Shown: one piece after another, positions 7,507 to 14,953 of the stretch
Layout: each line of letters opens with the position of its first letter
Position numbering within the stretch: the first letter of the stretch is position 1
From: Campylobacterota bacterium
GTDB taxonomy: Bacteria; Campylobacterota; Campylobacteria; Campylobacterales; Sulfurovaceae
DNA length: 14,953 bases
Assembly (NCBI GenBank): GCA_034722955.1
Contig: JAYEOM010000056.1
Coordinates: 1 to 14,953, forward strand
Direction: 5' to 3'
Program-made: the position numbers and the translations under genes
Notes under the pieces: generated by a model
Seen by the model: the letters and a program-made list of their open reading frames with translations, nothing else
The model's database searches: none
Told to the model about the DNA's origin: nothing

Positions 7507-7532
7507 ATAATAATATTTTGACATATTTTGTC
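7507..7532 (-). promoter_or_regulatory. Candidate operator/promoter for the array and the RING-TerD gene
   Basis: Palindrome GACA-N5-TGTC (7520-7532) overlapping ATATTTTG direct repeats 10 bp apart; followed on the minus strand by TATTAT hexamers (7507-7515). Confidence 0.3.
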
Positions 7533-7587
7533 CGATAGAAAAAAGATAGGGGTTTTGTAGTTATAGTTGATATGAGTTATATGAGGT

Positions 7588-7611
7588 CTTCCACCCCAAA
7601 GGGGGCAGAAG
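7588..7611 (-). terminator. Hairpin downstream of the icd remnant
   Basis: Minus strand CTTCTGCCCC-CTTT-GGGGTGGAAG forms a 10-bp stem with two G-U pairs, 9 nt after the remnant's stop; no clear U-tract. Confidence 0.45.
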
Positions 7612-7620
7612 CATCAACAC

Positions 7621-7701
7621 TTAGATGGCATCAATGATAGCATTGTGAGTAGCTGAAGGTCTCATAGCCTTCTCTGCTAGCTCGTCATTTGGATGGAAGT
7701 A
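7621..7701 (-). pseudogene. icd: 3'-terminal fragment of monomeric NADP-dependent isocitrate dehydrogenase
   Basis: Translates as YFHPNDELAEKAMRPSATHNAIIDAI*, matching the conserved monomeric IDH C-terminus (GGYYxP...AMRPSxTxNxIID). An in-frame TAG lies two codons upstream and the rest of the gene is absent. Confidence 0.8.
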
Positions 7702-7741
7702 TACCTATTTTTTACATATATCAAAGGTATGGACTGTCCCT

Positions 7742-8809
7742 CTAAAGAACCTCTACAACGAATTTGGTGATGACAAATCCACCCATAACAAGCCATACAA
7801 ACATTGTGCCTGCGGTATAGATCGGTGCGAGGCCTAAGCCTTTGAACTTGGAGAAGAGTGTTCCCATGCCTAGAGCGGTCATAGCCATAGTGAGCAGGAA
7901 GGTATCGATCTCGTTTATGATATCTACTATATTCTGAGGAGCTAGATGCAGTGAGTTGAAGCCTGCAACCATCACAAAGTAGAGAGCAAACCATGGTATG
8001 ACCAGCTTCATTTTCCCGCTTGCCCCATCACCTGCTTTTTTTGATTGCCAAGTTAGATATACTCCTAGTATGATAAGCATCGGTGCGATCATAATAACAC
8101 GCGTCATCTTGACGATGACTGCTGCATCTGCCATCTCTTTTGGAGAGCTAGGCACAGAGGCAGGCACAGCAACAACTTGTGCAACTTCGTGAATAGTCCC
8201 TCCTACATAGATGCCGAACTCTCTAGTTGTCATATGGAAGAAGCCTGTTGCATTTTCGATGATAGTGGTGTAGAGTATAGGATAGAGGAACATAGAGATA
8301 GTACCAAAGAGTACGACCATCGAGACCGCTACGGCAGTTTTGTACTCCTCTGCTTTGAGTACCGGTTCTGTAGCTAATACTGCAGCGGCACCACAGACTG
8401 ATGCACCAGATGCTGTCAGTATAGAAGTATCTCTATCCATACCAAATACTTTGGTACCGAGCCAGGCACCCAAGATCAGTGTCGATGAGAGCATGATCAG
8501 AGAGACAAGAAATCCATCCATCCCCACCTCCATAATCTCTTGAAAGGTGATGCGAAATCCATAAAAGACAATAGCAAATCTCAGTATCTTTTTTCCAGAA
8601 AATGTGATACCTCCTTGCCAAGCTTGGGGTGTTTGGTTGTGCAGTGTGTTAGCGTATAATATACCAATCACTATACCTATCACCAGGGGTGAAAGCCCCA
8701 GTACTCTGACAGGAGCAAGATCGGCTATGTATGTTGCGGCAGCAGCAAAGATAGCAACAAAAAGGATACCGCTTATGGTGCCTTTTCGTTTTTCTTTTGA
8801 GAAAGACAT
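7742..8809 (-). CDS. yeiH: YeiH-family (UPF0324, putative sulfate/sulfite exporter) membrane protein
   Basis: LRFAIVFYGFRIT, SVCGAAAVLA, GGTIHEVAQVVA and VKMTRV motifs; divergent from a LysR gene. Confidence 0.9.
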   Translation of the reverse strand: MSFSKEKRKGTISGILFVAIFAAAATYIADLAPVRVLGLSPLVIGIVIGILYANTLHNQTPQAWQGGITFSGKKILRFAIVFYGFRITFQEIMEVGMDGFLVSLIMLSSTLILGAWLGTKVFGMDRDTSILTASGASVCGAAAVLATEPVLKAEEYKTAVAVSMVVLFGTISMFLYPILYTTIIENATGFFHMTTREFGIYVGGTIHEVAQVVAVPASVPSSPKEMADAAVIVKMTRVIMIAPMLIILGVYLTWQSKKAGDGASGKMKLVIPWFALYFVMVAGFNSLHLAPQNIVDIINEIDTFLLTMAMTALGMGTLFSKFKGLGLAPIYTAGTMFVWLVMGGFVITKFVVEVL

Positions 8810-8927
8810 AGAAATCCTTCAGTTTTTTTGATAATTAATCTAAAAGTATACTATAAATTTGATATAATATAAAATCAAAATAATCGATTAATATAATCAA
8901 ATTTTATGAATCACGAAAGAGTATACT
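8810..8927. promoter_or_regulatory. Divergent yeiH/yeiE control region
   Basis: Very AT-rich; palindrome TTTGAT-N10-ATCAAA (8858-8879); TATAAT at 8863 and 8892; typical LysR divergent arrangement. Confidence 0.55.
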
Positions 8928-9821
8928 ATGAAATTAACCCTTCGTCAAATAGAGATCTTCCTCAATGTTGTCAGATCTGGTCACTTAACCAATGTTGCCA
9001 AAGAGATGAGCCTTAGTCAATCAGCAGTCTCTATGTCGATAAAAGAGATGGAGAGTATATTGGGTCGACCTGTTTTTGACCGTATCAATAAGAGGTTGAT
9101 CCTCAATGAGGTTGGAAGGGCATTTTACAAAGAGGTCGATCCTCTCTACAAAAAACTCTCTGATATTGAATATGAGTTTAAAAACTCACTCAATAAAGGG
9201 GTGATTCGCGTAGGAGCGAGTACAACAATAGTAGACTATCTCATGCCACCGATCATCTGCAACTATATGAACAATTACCCTGATGTCAAGATCTCACTCA
9301 AAGAGGGGAATAGCAAGGAGATAGTAGATCTGATCAAAAATGGAAATATAGATATAGGTTTTATTGAAGGTGTTGTTACAGATCATGAGATCATATCAGA
9401 GAAGATTGGTATAGATGAGTTGATCGTAGTGACAGCCGACAAGTTACTAGATGAGATCTACTATATTGATTCGCTAGCAGATAAGCGTTGGGTTCTTAGA
9501 GAGGAGGGGAGTGGCACTAGAGAGGTTTTTTTAGACTATATCAAGGAGAGGGTAGACTCATTAAATATCTTTTTGGAATTGGGACATACAGAATCCATAA
9601 AGAGTATCTTGATAAACCATAGCTGCTTGACATGTATCTCCAAGATAGCAGTCAAGAGAGAGATCGAGCAGGAGAGACTCTATCGAGTCAAGCTGCACAA
9701 CTTTAAGTGCAAGAGAGATTTTTTGATGATTTACCATAAAGACAAATACCATAGTGGACTGTTTGAAAAATTTTCATACTTTACTAGAAAAATGATAACT
9801 CAGATGCTTGCTACGGGCTAA
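8928..9821 (+). CDS. yeiE: LysR-family transcriptional regulator, YeiE/CysL-like
   Basis: N-terminal HTH (TLRQIEIF...LSQSAVS...FDR), GASTTI, GFIEG and LREEGSGTRE motifs; paired with yeiH. Confidence 0.88.
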   Translation: MKLTLRQIEIFLNVVRSGHLTNVAKEMSLSQSAVSMSIKEMESILGRPVFDRINKRLILNEVGRAFYKEVDPLYKKLSDIEYEFKNSLNKGVIRVGASTTIVDYLMPPIICNYMNNYPDVKISLKEGNSKEIVDLIKNGNIDIGFIEGVVTDHEIISEKIGIDELIVVTADKLLDEIYYIDSLADKRWVLREEGSGTREVFLDYIKERVDSLNIFLELGHTESIKSILINHSCLTCISKIAVKREIEQERLYRVKLHNFKCKRDFLMIYHKDKYHSGLFEKFSYFTRKMITQMLATG

Positions 9822-9825
9822 GAGT

Positions 9826-10422
9826 CTATCGGACTCCCTTTATATTTTTGAGTGCCTCTTCGTATTCATGAGGATGGTTGAGGTTGCCAAATGGCTTCTC
9901 ATCTTCAAAGAGAACAAAATGGCTCTTTGATGCCTTCAGAAGGGCATTGAGCTTATGGTTATTCTCTGCTATAAAAGTTTTGGCTATAGGGATGATAGAC
10001 TCTCTATAGATACCGCAAAGTGGTTGTCTGCCAGCTGGACTCTCTGCGACAATCGCATCTAGTGTGGAGTCACAGGAGGCATCATAGAGTGCATCAATCA
10101 CACCTTTGTCAACAAAAGGAGCATCTACACTAAGGACAAAACACTCATCTTCACCGATAGTATCAAATATTGAGATGAGTCCTACAAGCGGTGAGCTTTG
10201 GGGATATATATCAAAGATGAGTTCTGAACTAAATCCAAATTTCTGCTCTTTTGTACTGATGTAGACTTTATCAAATAGTTGCTTTAAGCGGTGATACTGG
10301 TACTCCGATAGAGTACTATACTCTCCAAAAGGGAGAAGGGATTTGTCCTCTCCCATTCGAGAGCTTTTGCCTCCGGCGAATATGACAGCAGTAGAGATCT
10401 CTGATCTTGGATTAGGTGACAT
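9826..10422 (-). CDS. mobA: Molybdenum cofactor guanylyltransferase
   Basis: AGGKSSRMGEDK, PLVGL, SVDAPF, QPLCGIY and NLNHP motifs. ATG at 10422 preferred over 10482 because it gives only an 11-nt overlap with the MFS gene. Confidence 0.9.
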   Translation of the reverse strand: MSPNPRSEISTAVIFAGGKSSRMGEDKSLLPFGEYSTLSEYQYHRLKQLFDKVYISTKEQKFGFSSELIFDIYPQSSPLVGLISIFDTIGEDECFVLSVDAPFVDKGVIDALYDASCDSTLDAIVAESPAGRQPLCGIYRESIIPIAKTFIAENNHKLNALLKASKSHFVLFEDEKPFGNLNHPHEYEEALKNIKGVR

Positions 10423-11560
10423 TGGGGTAAGCCTCCGAGGATCGATCTGCTCTTCTGTGTGTCTGCATAAAGAGTGCAGCAAAAGCGAAGAGTGCGATGA
10501 TCGCCTCTATCAAGAACATCGCCTCTCCATATATCTGACCAGCAAGCAGTGCACCGACTGAACCACCTAGACCAAAAGCGATACCTAGAAAAAATTGCTG
10601 TGCCAATCTCTTCTGTTTGTATAGTGTAAAGACATAAGAGATAGCAGCAGTATGATATAGTGCGAAGCTGACGGCATGGAGTGATTGGGAGGCGAATGTC
10701 ATAGGTACTGAGTCAGGGAAAAGGTAGAGAAGAAGCCATCTAAAGGCTGTGATAAGCGTAGCTGCTTTCAAGATATTTAAAAGATTTCTCTGTAGCAGCG
10801 GACCTTGAAAATATAACATAACGATTTCACAAATGACACCAAAGCTCCACATCCAGCTAGTGATCTCCAAGGAGACACCATGAGCTGTTTCATATATAGT
10901 AAAAAAGCTATAAAACCCTCCAAATCCTACCTGCATCAAGAATATGCTGATCCAAAACCATGGATAGAGCATTAGTGAGAAGTTACGATTGTCTTCTGTC
11001 ATCTCCAGGGTAGTGTTGCGGTCATAATAGGCGATCATTACGCCAGAGAGTAGAGTGAGAAGTGCAACTGTAGCCAAATAGTAGAGTGCTTCATATGGTA
11101 GAGAGAGTACTTGACCCAGCCAGATAGCAATCACCATAAAACCTATAGAGCCATAGAGTCGTACCTTTCCATATCGATTTTTGGAGAGTGTATGCAGAGA
11201 GATCGTCTCTACATAGGGTAGAGAGATACCCATAGCTGCACCAAAAAGAAGGTTGGCAGAGAGGTAAGCCCAGAAGTTCTCTACCGTCACCAAAAAGATC
11301 AATGACCCAAAGAGTATAAATATTAGAGAGAGTAGAAAGACCTTATGGTCAAGTGTGATAAAACGCCGAAAGACAAAAGGGATGAGAAAACGCATAAATG
11401 GTGCGGCGGCATATACCACACCCACTTCGGCATTGGTGTAGCCAAAGGAGAGGAGAACTTTTGGCATAAAGATAACATAGATACCCACAAGAGAAAAATA
11501 GAAAAAATAGAAAAGTGCTAGAGGGATCTCTAGAGGAGGAGATAGCCGATTAGATCTCAT
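10412..11560 (-). CDS. MFS transporter (HcaT/MFS_1-like)
   Basis: About 12 hydrophobic segments; YFFYF...FMP, YGKVRLYGSIGF, GVICEI and QSLHA motifs. Confidence 0.85.
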   Translation of the reverse strand: MRSNRLSPPLEIPLALFYFFYFSLVGIYVIFMPKVLLSFGYTNAEVGVVYAAAPFMRFLIPFVFRRFITLDHKVFLLSLIFILFGSLIFLVTVENFWAYLSANLLFGAAMGISLPYVETISLHTLSKNRYGKVRLYGSIGFMVIAIWLGQVLSLPYEALYYLATVALLTLLSGVMIAYYDRNTTLEMTEDNRNFSLMLYPWFWISIFLMQVGFGGFYSFFTIYETAHGVSLEITSWMWSFGVICEIVMLYFQGPLLQRNLLNILKAATLITAFRWLLLYLFPDSVPMTFASQSLHAVSFALYHTAAISYVFTLYKQKRLAQQFFLGIAFGLGGSVGALLAGQIYGEAMFLIEAIIALFAFAALFMQTHRRADRSSEAYPNVT

Positions 11561-11566
11561 CTCCTT

Positions 11567-12073
11567 TTAGGACTTCTCTGTATCGATGAGTACAGTTCCC
11601 GAAAGCAGATCGTGCAGGCATTTTCTATCTCGCCTAAAATATGCCATCATTAACCCGACAATAGTAACAATTGAGATGATCTCAAAGTAGTAACGAAGAG
11701 CAATAGCCAGGGGGTGTGCTTCTCTACCGGTTTTGCTATCTACAAGTCTAATGTTGTAGGCTCTGCACCCCGGTGTCTGTCCACTTTTCCAGAAGAAGAG
11801 AGAGACTACGATAAAGTTAGGGATCAATATGGTTATCCACCCCTCCACTTTGTTCTGAGAAAACTCCTGAAGTCCATCCATCACAAAATAGGCTACAATA
11901 TACATGATGGGCATCAGTAGCATAAAGGAGTCGGTTATGAAAGCTTTGGTTTTGTTACCTATGGAGGCATAGGGCAGCTTATCTTTTCGTTCTATCTTGC
12001 TCTGCTCCTCCCCCGTAGTATAGGGTAGAGGTTTTTTCTGTTTAACATCTCTAAAGCGTCTCTGTTGTGCCAT
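11567..12073 (-). CDS. RDD-family membrane protein
   Basis: AFITD, GQTPG...IRLVD, LRY and LHDLLSGT motifs. Confidence 0.88.
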   Translation of the reverse strand: MAQQRRFRDVKQKKPLPYTTGEEQSKIERKDKLPYASIGNKTKAFITDSFMLLMPIMYIVAYFVMDGLQEFSQNKVEGWITILIPNFIVVSLFFWKSGQTPGCRAYNIRLVDSKTGREAHPLAIALRYYFEIISIVTIVGLMMAYFRRDRKCLHDLLSGTVLIDTEKS

Positions 12074-12092
12074 TAAAAGCTCCTATTTATAA

Positions 12093-12109
12093 ATCTCCTT
12101 GGGGTAGCC
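12093..12109 (-). repeat. Solo copy of the MITE terminal inverted repeat
   Basis: Minus strand TAA|GGCTACCCCAAGGAGAT matches the MITE end GGCTAACCCAAGGAGAT at 16/17; the TAA is the gspF stop codon. Confidence 0.7.
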
Positions 12110-13327
12110 TTATATCTGTGATCCAAGGCTCATACTAAAGATCGGAAGAAGCATCGCTGCTACGATCACCCCGACAACCAAACCGATAAAGAGCATCATA
12201 AATGGTTCTAGCAGGCTGAGCATAAGTTTGAGGCGATCTTCATTCTCCTCTTGGTAGAGTTGAGAGATATTACCCAATATATTGGCAACTTCACTAGACT
12301 CTTCTCCTAGGGCTAGAGCCTGCATAAAGTTGCGTTTTAGGGGTACACCCCTAGATAGCTGTAGAGCATTGGAGAGTCTGTTACCCTCCAAGACCTTCTT
12401 GGAAGCATCCTCAAAGAGTGCTCTCAATGCACTATTGTTAAATGTAGTTGCCGCTAGCTGTACACCCTGTGCATAAGATACACCAGAGCTAAGCATAAGG
12501 GATAAAATATAGCTAAATCTCCCTAACTCATAATTTTGAATAAGTACTCCAATGATAGGCATTTTTAGCATAACCGTATCGATACTTTTTTTAAAATAAC
12601 CACTCTTTTTGTATGAGAGCTTGAACCCAATAATCATCAAAGCCAAAATGACCAATATCGCGATATAGTGTTCAATGAGAAAATCACTAGTGTTTAAGAC
12701 AAACTGAGTGATAGGGGGGAGCTCCTGTCCTGTATCTTTGAAGATACCAGTGATCTTGGGTACAACAAAAGCGATCAAAAATCCACTCATACCTATAGCT
12801 ACGATAAAGATAAAGAGGGGATAAGCCATCGCATTTCCAACCTGTTTTTTGATCTTGCTCTGTGCAGAGAAGAAGTTACCCATATTGGTCAAGACCTCTA
12901 CCATTTTGCCACTTTGACCAGCGATATTGATACTCTGAAGGAAAAAGTCAGGCAGTGCATAGACTTTCTGGGTATTTAGTGCGATATATAGAGACTTTCC
13001 CTCATCTATCATGGTCTTGATAGCACCTAGGAAATCACTATATCGCTTCTCATCTTGATGCTGGTTTTCTAGTAGTTTGATAGCAGTGATGACAGTCATA
13101 CCAGAGTTGAGGTATGAGGAGAGCTCTTTGGAGAAACTACTGAGTATGGGACCGGGCATTTGTCTTTTCGAGAAAGCCTCCATAGATAGCTTCTGTGTAG
13201 GCAGAAGTGTTTGGTAGTAGATCGATTGAGTGCGAAGTTTCTGCTTCGCCTCTTTGATACTGCTAGCGGTGATGGTTCCCTTGACACTCTTGCCTGAATG
13301 GTCAACGCCTTTATATTTAAAAAGCAT
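12110..13327 (-). CDS. gspF: Type II secretion / type IV pilus inner-membrane platform protein (GspF/PilC family)
   Basis: Two T2SSF repeats (EGKSL..AL, AMAYP, VVPKI...ELPPITQ, GEES, LLEP, MLLPIF); 405 aa. Confidence 0.9.
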   Translation of the reverse strand: MLFKYKGVDHSGKSVKGTITASSIKEAKQKLRTQSIYYQTLLPTQKLSMEAFSKRQMPGPILSSFSKELSSYLNSGMTVITAIKLLENQHQDEKRYSDFLGAIKTMIDEGKSLYIALNTQKVYALPDFFLQSINIAGQSGKMVEVLTNMGNFFSAQSKIKKQVGNAMAYPLFIFIVAIGMSGFLIAFVVPKITGIFKDTGQELPPITQFVLNTSDFLIEHYIAILVILALMIIGFKLSYKKSGYFKKSIDTVMLKMPIIGVLIQNYELGRFSYILSLMLSSGVSYAQGVQLAATTFNNSALRALFEDASKKVLEGNRLSNALQLSRGVPLKRNFMQALALGEESSEVANILGNISQLYQEENEDRLKLMLSLLEPFMMLFIGLVVGVIVAAMLLPIFSMSLGSQI

Positions 13328-13466
13328 TCTGCTCCTATACCTATGTTAAGTTTATATATTAGGTATTTAATGATTTATATTGAAGACCACTAGCTACTGG
13401 TATTCAGAGCTATCCATATATTTAGGAAGCTATTCAAGGTCTCTAGTCTTAGAGAATTTTACAACT

Positions 13467-13563
13467 AGAGACCTTTTAGACACCTGAGCTTTACTTAATG
13501 ATATGAATATGTTACTAGATGTGGCATAGATAGGTGAAACAAGGAGTTGTCTAAAAGTGCTCT
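13467..13563. repeat. 97-bp segment bounded by imperfect 19-bp inverted repeats (possible mini-MITE)
   Basis: AGAGACCTTTTAGACACCT (13467-13485) versus the reverse complement of 13545-13563, AGAGCACTTTTAGACAACT, 16/19 matching. Confidence 0.45.
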
Positions 13564-13623
13564 TGATAAAGGAGAGTATTATAACTCTCTTTCGATAGAG
13601 TTCAAGATAGAGATAGGAGTATA

Positions 13624-14733
13624 ATGGTAAAAAAAACAGATCTACACCCTTTTATTGTCTTTGCAATAATAATATTTTATGCATTTATTGAAGGCTTTAG
13701 AATGCCAAACCTTTGGTCAATCAACTATTATCTGCCGAGCTTTTTTGATGGCTTTTATCGACGAGCATTAATTGGAACAATATTAAGCTTTTTGGGTGAC
13801 TTGAGATTTAATTACTATACGATTGCAGTAGTACAGTTTTCCGTTCTAATCTCATTGATAGTATGGATCTACTATTTTTTTCAGAAAAATATTTTGATGA
13901 TGTTGGTCATTTCACTCTACCTAGTATCGCCTGCTGGAGCATATATATTTCATGAAGTAGGCTATATTGATCAACTGTTGTACTTGGTATTGTTCATTTC
14001 AATCTCTATATTTAAAAAACATAAAACTCTTAGTATAATACTATTTAGCAGCTCAATACTCATACATGAGTTAACCCTATTTGTTACTCTCCCGATCTAT
14101 TTTACATATTTATATTTGTCAACAGACGACTTAAGAAAATCTATTTTATACACTTTGCCTTCAATCACTCTCTTTTTGATTATTTATATTTTTTTTCAAA
14201 CAGTTCCAGAGGATAGAGTAGAACTCTTTATGGAGAATATTTCAAATTTTTCCAATTATGGATTACGAAGTGACTTTTATACAGTCTTTACAAATACATT
14301 TACTGGGTCAAGAAATAAAAGTTACTACTACTTAAATAGTCTAAATCAAATCCTGCTACTGCTCTCTGTGGCAAGCTTAACATCTTTGATTGTTTACACA
14401 GTAAGTAAAAAACAGATACTGTTATCACTATTGGTTCTCTTAGTTGGACTTTCGCCATTGGCTTTAGGGTTTTTTGGTTGGGATCCATATAGATGGTACT
14501 TTTTAAGTCTATCATCACTCACTACAATATTTGTAGTTGTACTTTTGCATTATAAAATTACTGTTACTGAAATAGCATCCATGCAATCAGTTGCTGTTTT
14601 ATATTTTATATTTTATATTTTATTGATTTCAAATATCTATCTAGGATATTTTGATGGATACAAACATAGACATTTGACTATCAATTCAATAGAAAAAGTG
14701 AAAATTGAATTTATGAAAATTCCTAATAGATAA
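13624..14733 (+). CDS. Polytopic membrane protein of unknown function (possible GT-C-type or surface-glycan-modifying enzyme)
   Basis: 369 aa, about 10 hydrophobic segments with conserved-looking polar motifs (GFYRRALIG, GYID, IHE, GWDPYRW); AGGAG ribosome-binding site; visibly more AT-rich than its neighbours. Confidence 0.7.
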   Translation: MVKKTDLHPFIVFAIIIFYAFIEGFRMPNLWSINYYLPSFFDGFYRRALIGTILSFLGDLRFNYYTIAVVQFSVLISLIVWIYYFFQKNILMMLVISLYLVSPAGAYIFHEVGYIDQLLYLVLFISISIFKKHKTLSIILFSSSILIHELTLFVTLPIYFTYLYLSTDDLRKSILYTLPSITLFLIIYIFFQTVPEDRVELFMENISNFSNYGLRSDFYTVFTNTFTGSRNKSYYYLNSLNQILLLLSVASLTSLIVYTVSKKQILLSLLVLLVGLSPLALGFFGWDPYRWYFLSLSSLTTIFVVVLLHYKITVTEIASMQSVAVLYFIFYILLISNIYLGYFDGYKHRHLTINSIEKVKIEFMKIPNR

Positions 14734-14746
14734 GAGAAACAATGAG

Positions 14747-14783
14747 AGTATATGGAAAACCTCATAAAGCCCATAGGGAAGCC
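14747..14783 (+). repeat. 37-bp dispersed copy of an internal MITE segment
   Basis: AGTATATGGAAAACCTCATAAAGCCCATAGGGAAGCC matches 7150-7186 at 35/37. Confidence 0.85.
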
Positions 14784-14802
14784 TAAAGTTTTTTACAACA
14801 TC

Positions 14803-14952
14803 TTATTGCTTCTTCTCTTCCTCTCCCTTCAATACCATCACAGAGGCTGTCAAGCCAAAACGAAGCTCAACCCCTTCTGGCAGTCTGTCCAATTTGATGC
14901 GAACAGGAATTCGTTGTGCGAGACGGATCCACTGAAATACAGGCTGGACACT
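14803..14952 (-). CDS. 3' end (partial) of a HlyD/EmrA/AaeA-family membrane fusion protein
   Basis: Translates as SVQPVFQWIRLAQRIPVRIKLDRLPEGVELRFGLTASVMVLKGEEEKKQ*; WxRLAQRIPVRI is the family signature. Confidence 0.85.
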   Translation of the reverse strand, partial: SVQPVFQWIRLAQRIPVRIKLDRLPEGVELRFGLTASVMVLKGEEEKKQ

Positions 14953-14953
14953 T

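Noticed and set aside
7677..7994. 105-aa minus-strand ORF overlapping the yeiH 3' end
   Set aside because: An alternative frame of yeiH with no family motifs, and not the frame of the icd remnant.
10423..10482. N-terminal extension of mobA
   Set aside because: It would overlap the MFS gene by 71 nt; the conserved MobA motif begins shortly after ATG 10422.
1971..11772. Avoidance of CCNGG sites as evidence for R-M specificity
   Set aside because: Several sites are present (e.g. 1971, 8462, 8683) and depletion cannot be judged by eye in an AT-rich window.
13346..13352. GTTAAGT as an integron core site for the 13624-14733 gene
   Set aside because: No matching attC structure after the gene and no integrase in the window.
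1777..14518. Other short ORFs (62-96 aa) antisense to or nested within the long genes
   Set aside because: All overlap well-supported genes and lack recognisable motifs; expected by chance.

Overview
AT-rich bacterial window; gene content and promoter style suggest Campylobacterota (Sulfurovum/Sulfurimonas-like), which is an inference. The left half (1-7700) is an accessory/defence-type region. It holds the 3' end of a probable SF2 helicase, an SsoII/EcoRII-C-type restriction endonuclease with a C5 methyltransferase (probably CCNGG), an HD-hydrolase fusion protein, a RelE/ParE toxin-antitoxin pair and a 745-aa degenerate-RING/TerD-domain protein. Just upstream of that last gene is the most unusual feature: three 73-84 nt units that differ in sequence but share one fold (covarying stems, a fixed CAA/GAUU internal loop and a CUUACUYC motif), i.e. 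a candidate ncRNA array. A 316-bp highly palindromic MITE with a TAA target duplication interrupts it, and pieces of that MITE recur at 12093 and 14747. An unannotated 3' remnant of a monomeric isocitrate dehydrogenase gene (7621-7701) sits at the boundary. The right half is mostly housekeeping-like: yeiH/yeiE, mobA, MFS, RDD, gspF/pilC, an AT-rich membrane-protein gene in opposite orientation behind a hairpin-rich spacer, and the 3' end of a HlyD-family gene. All family calls come from motif recognition, not database searches.
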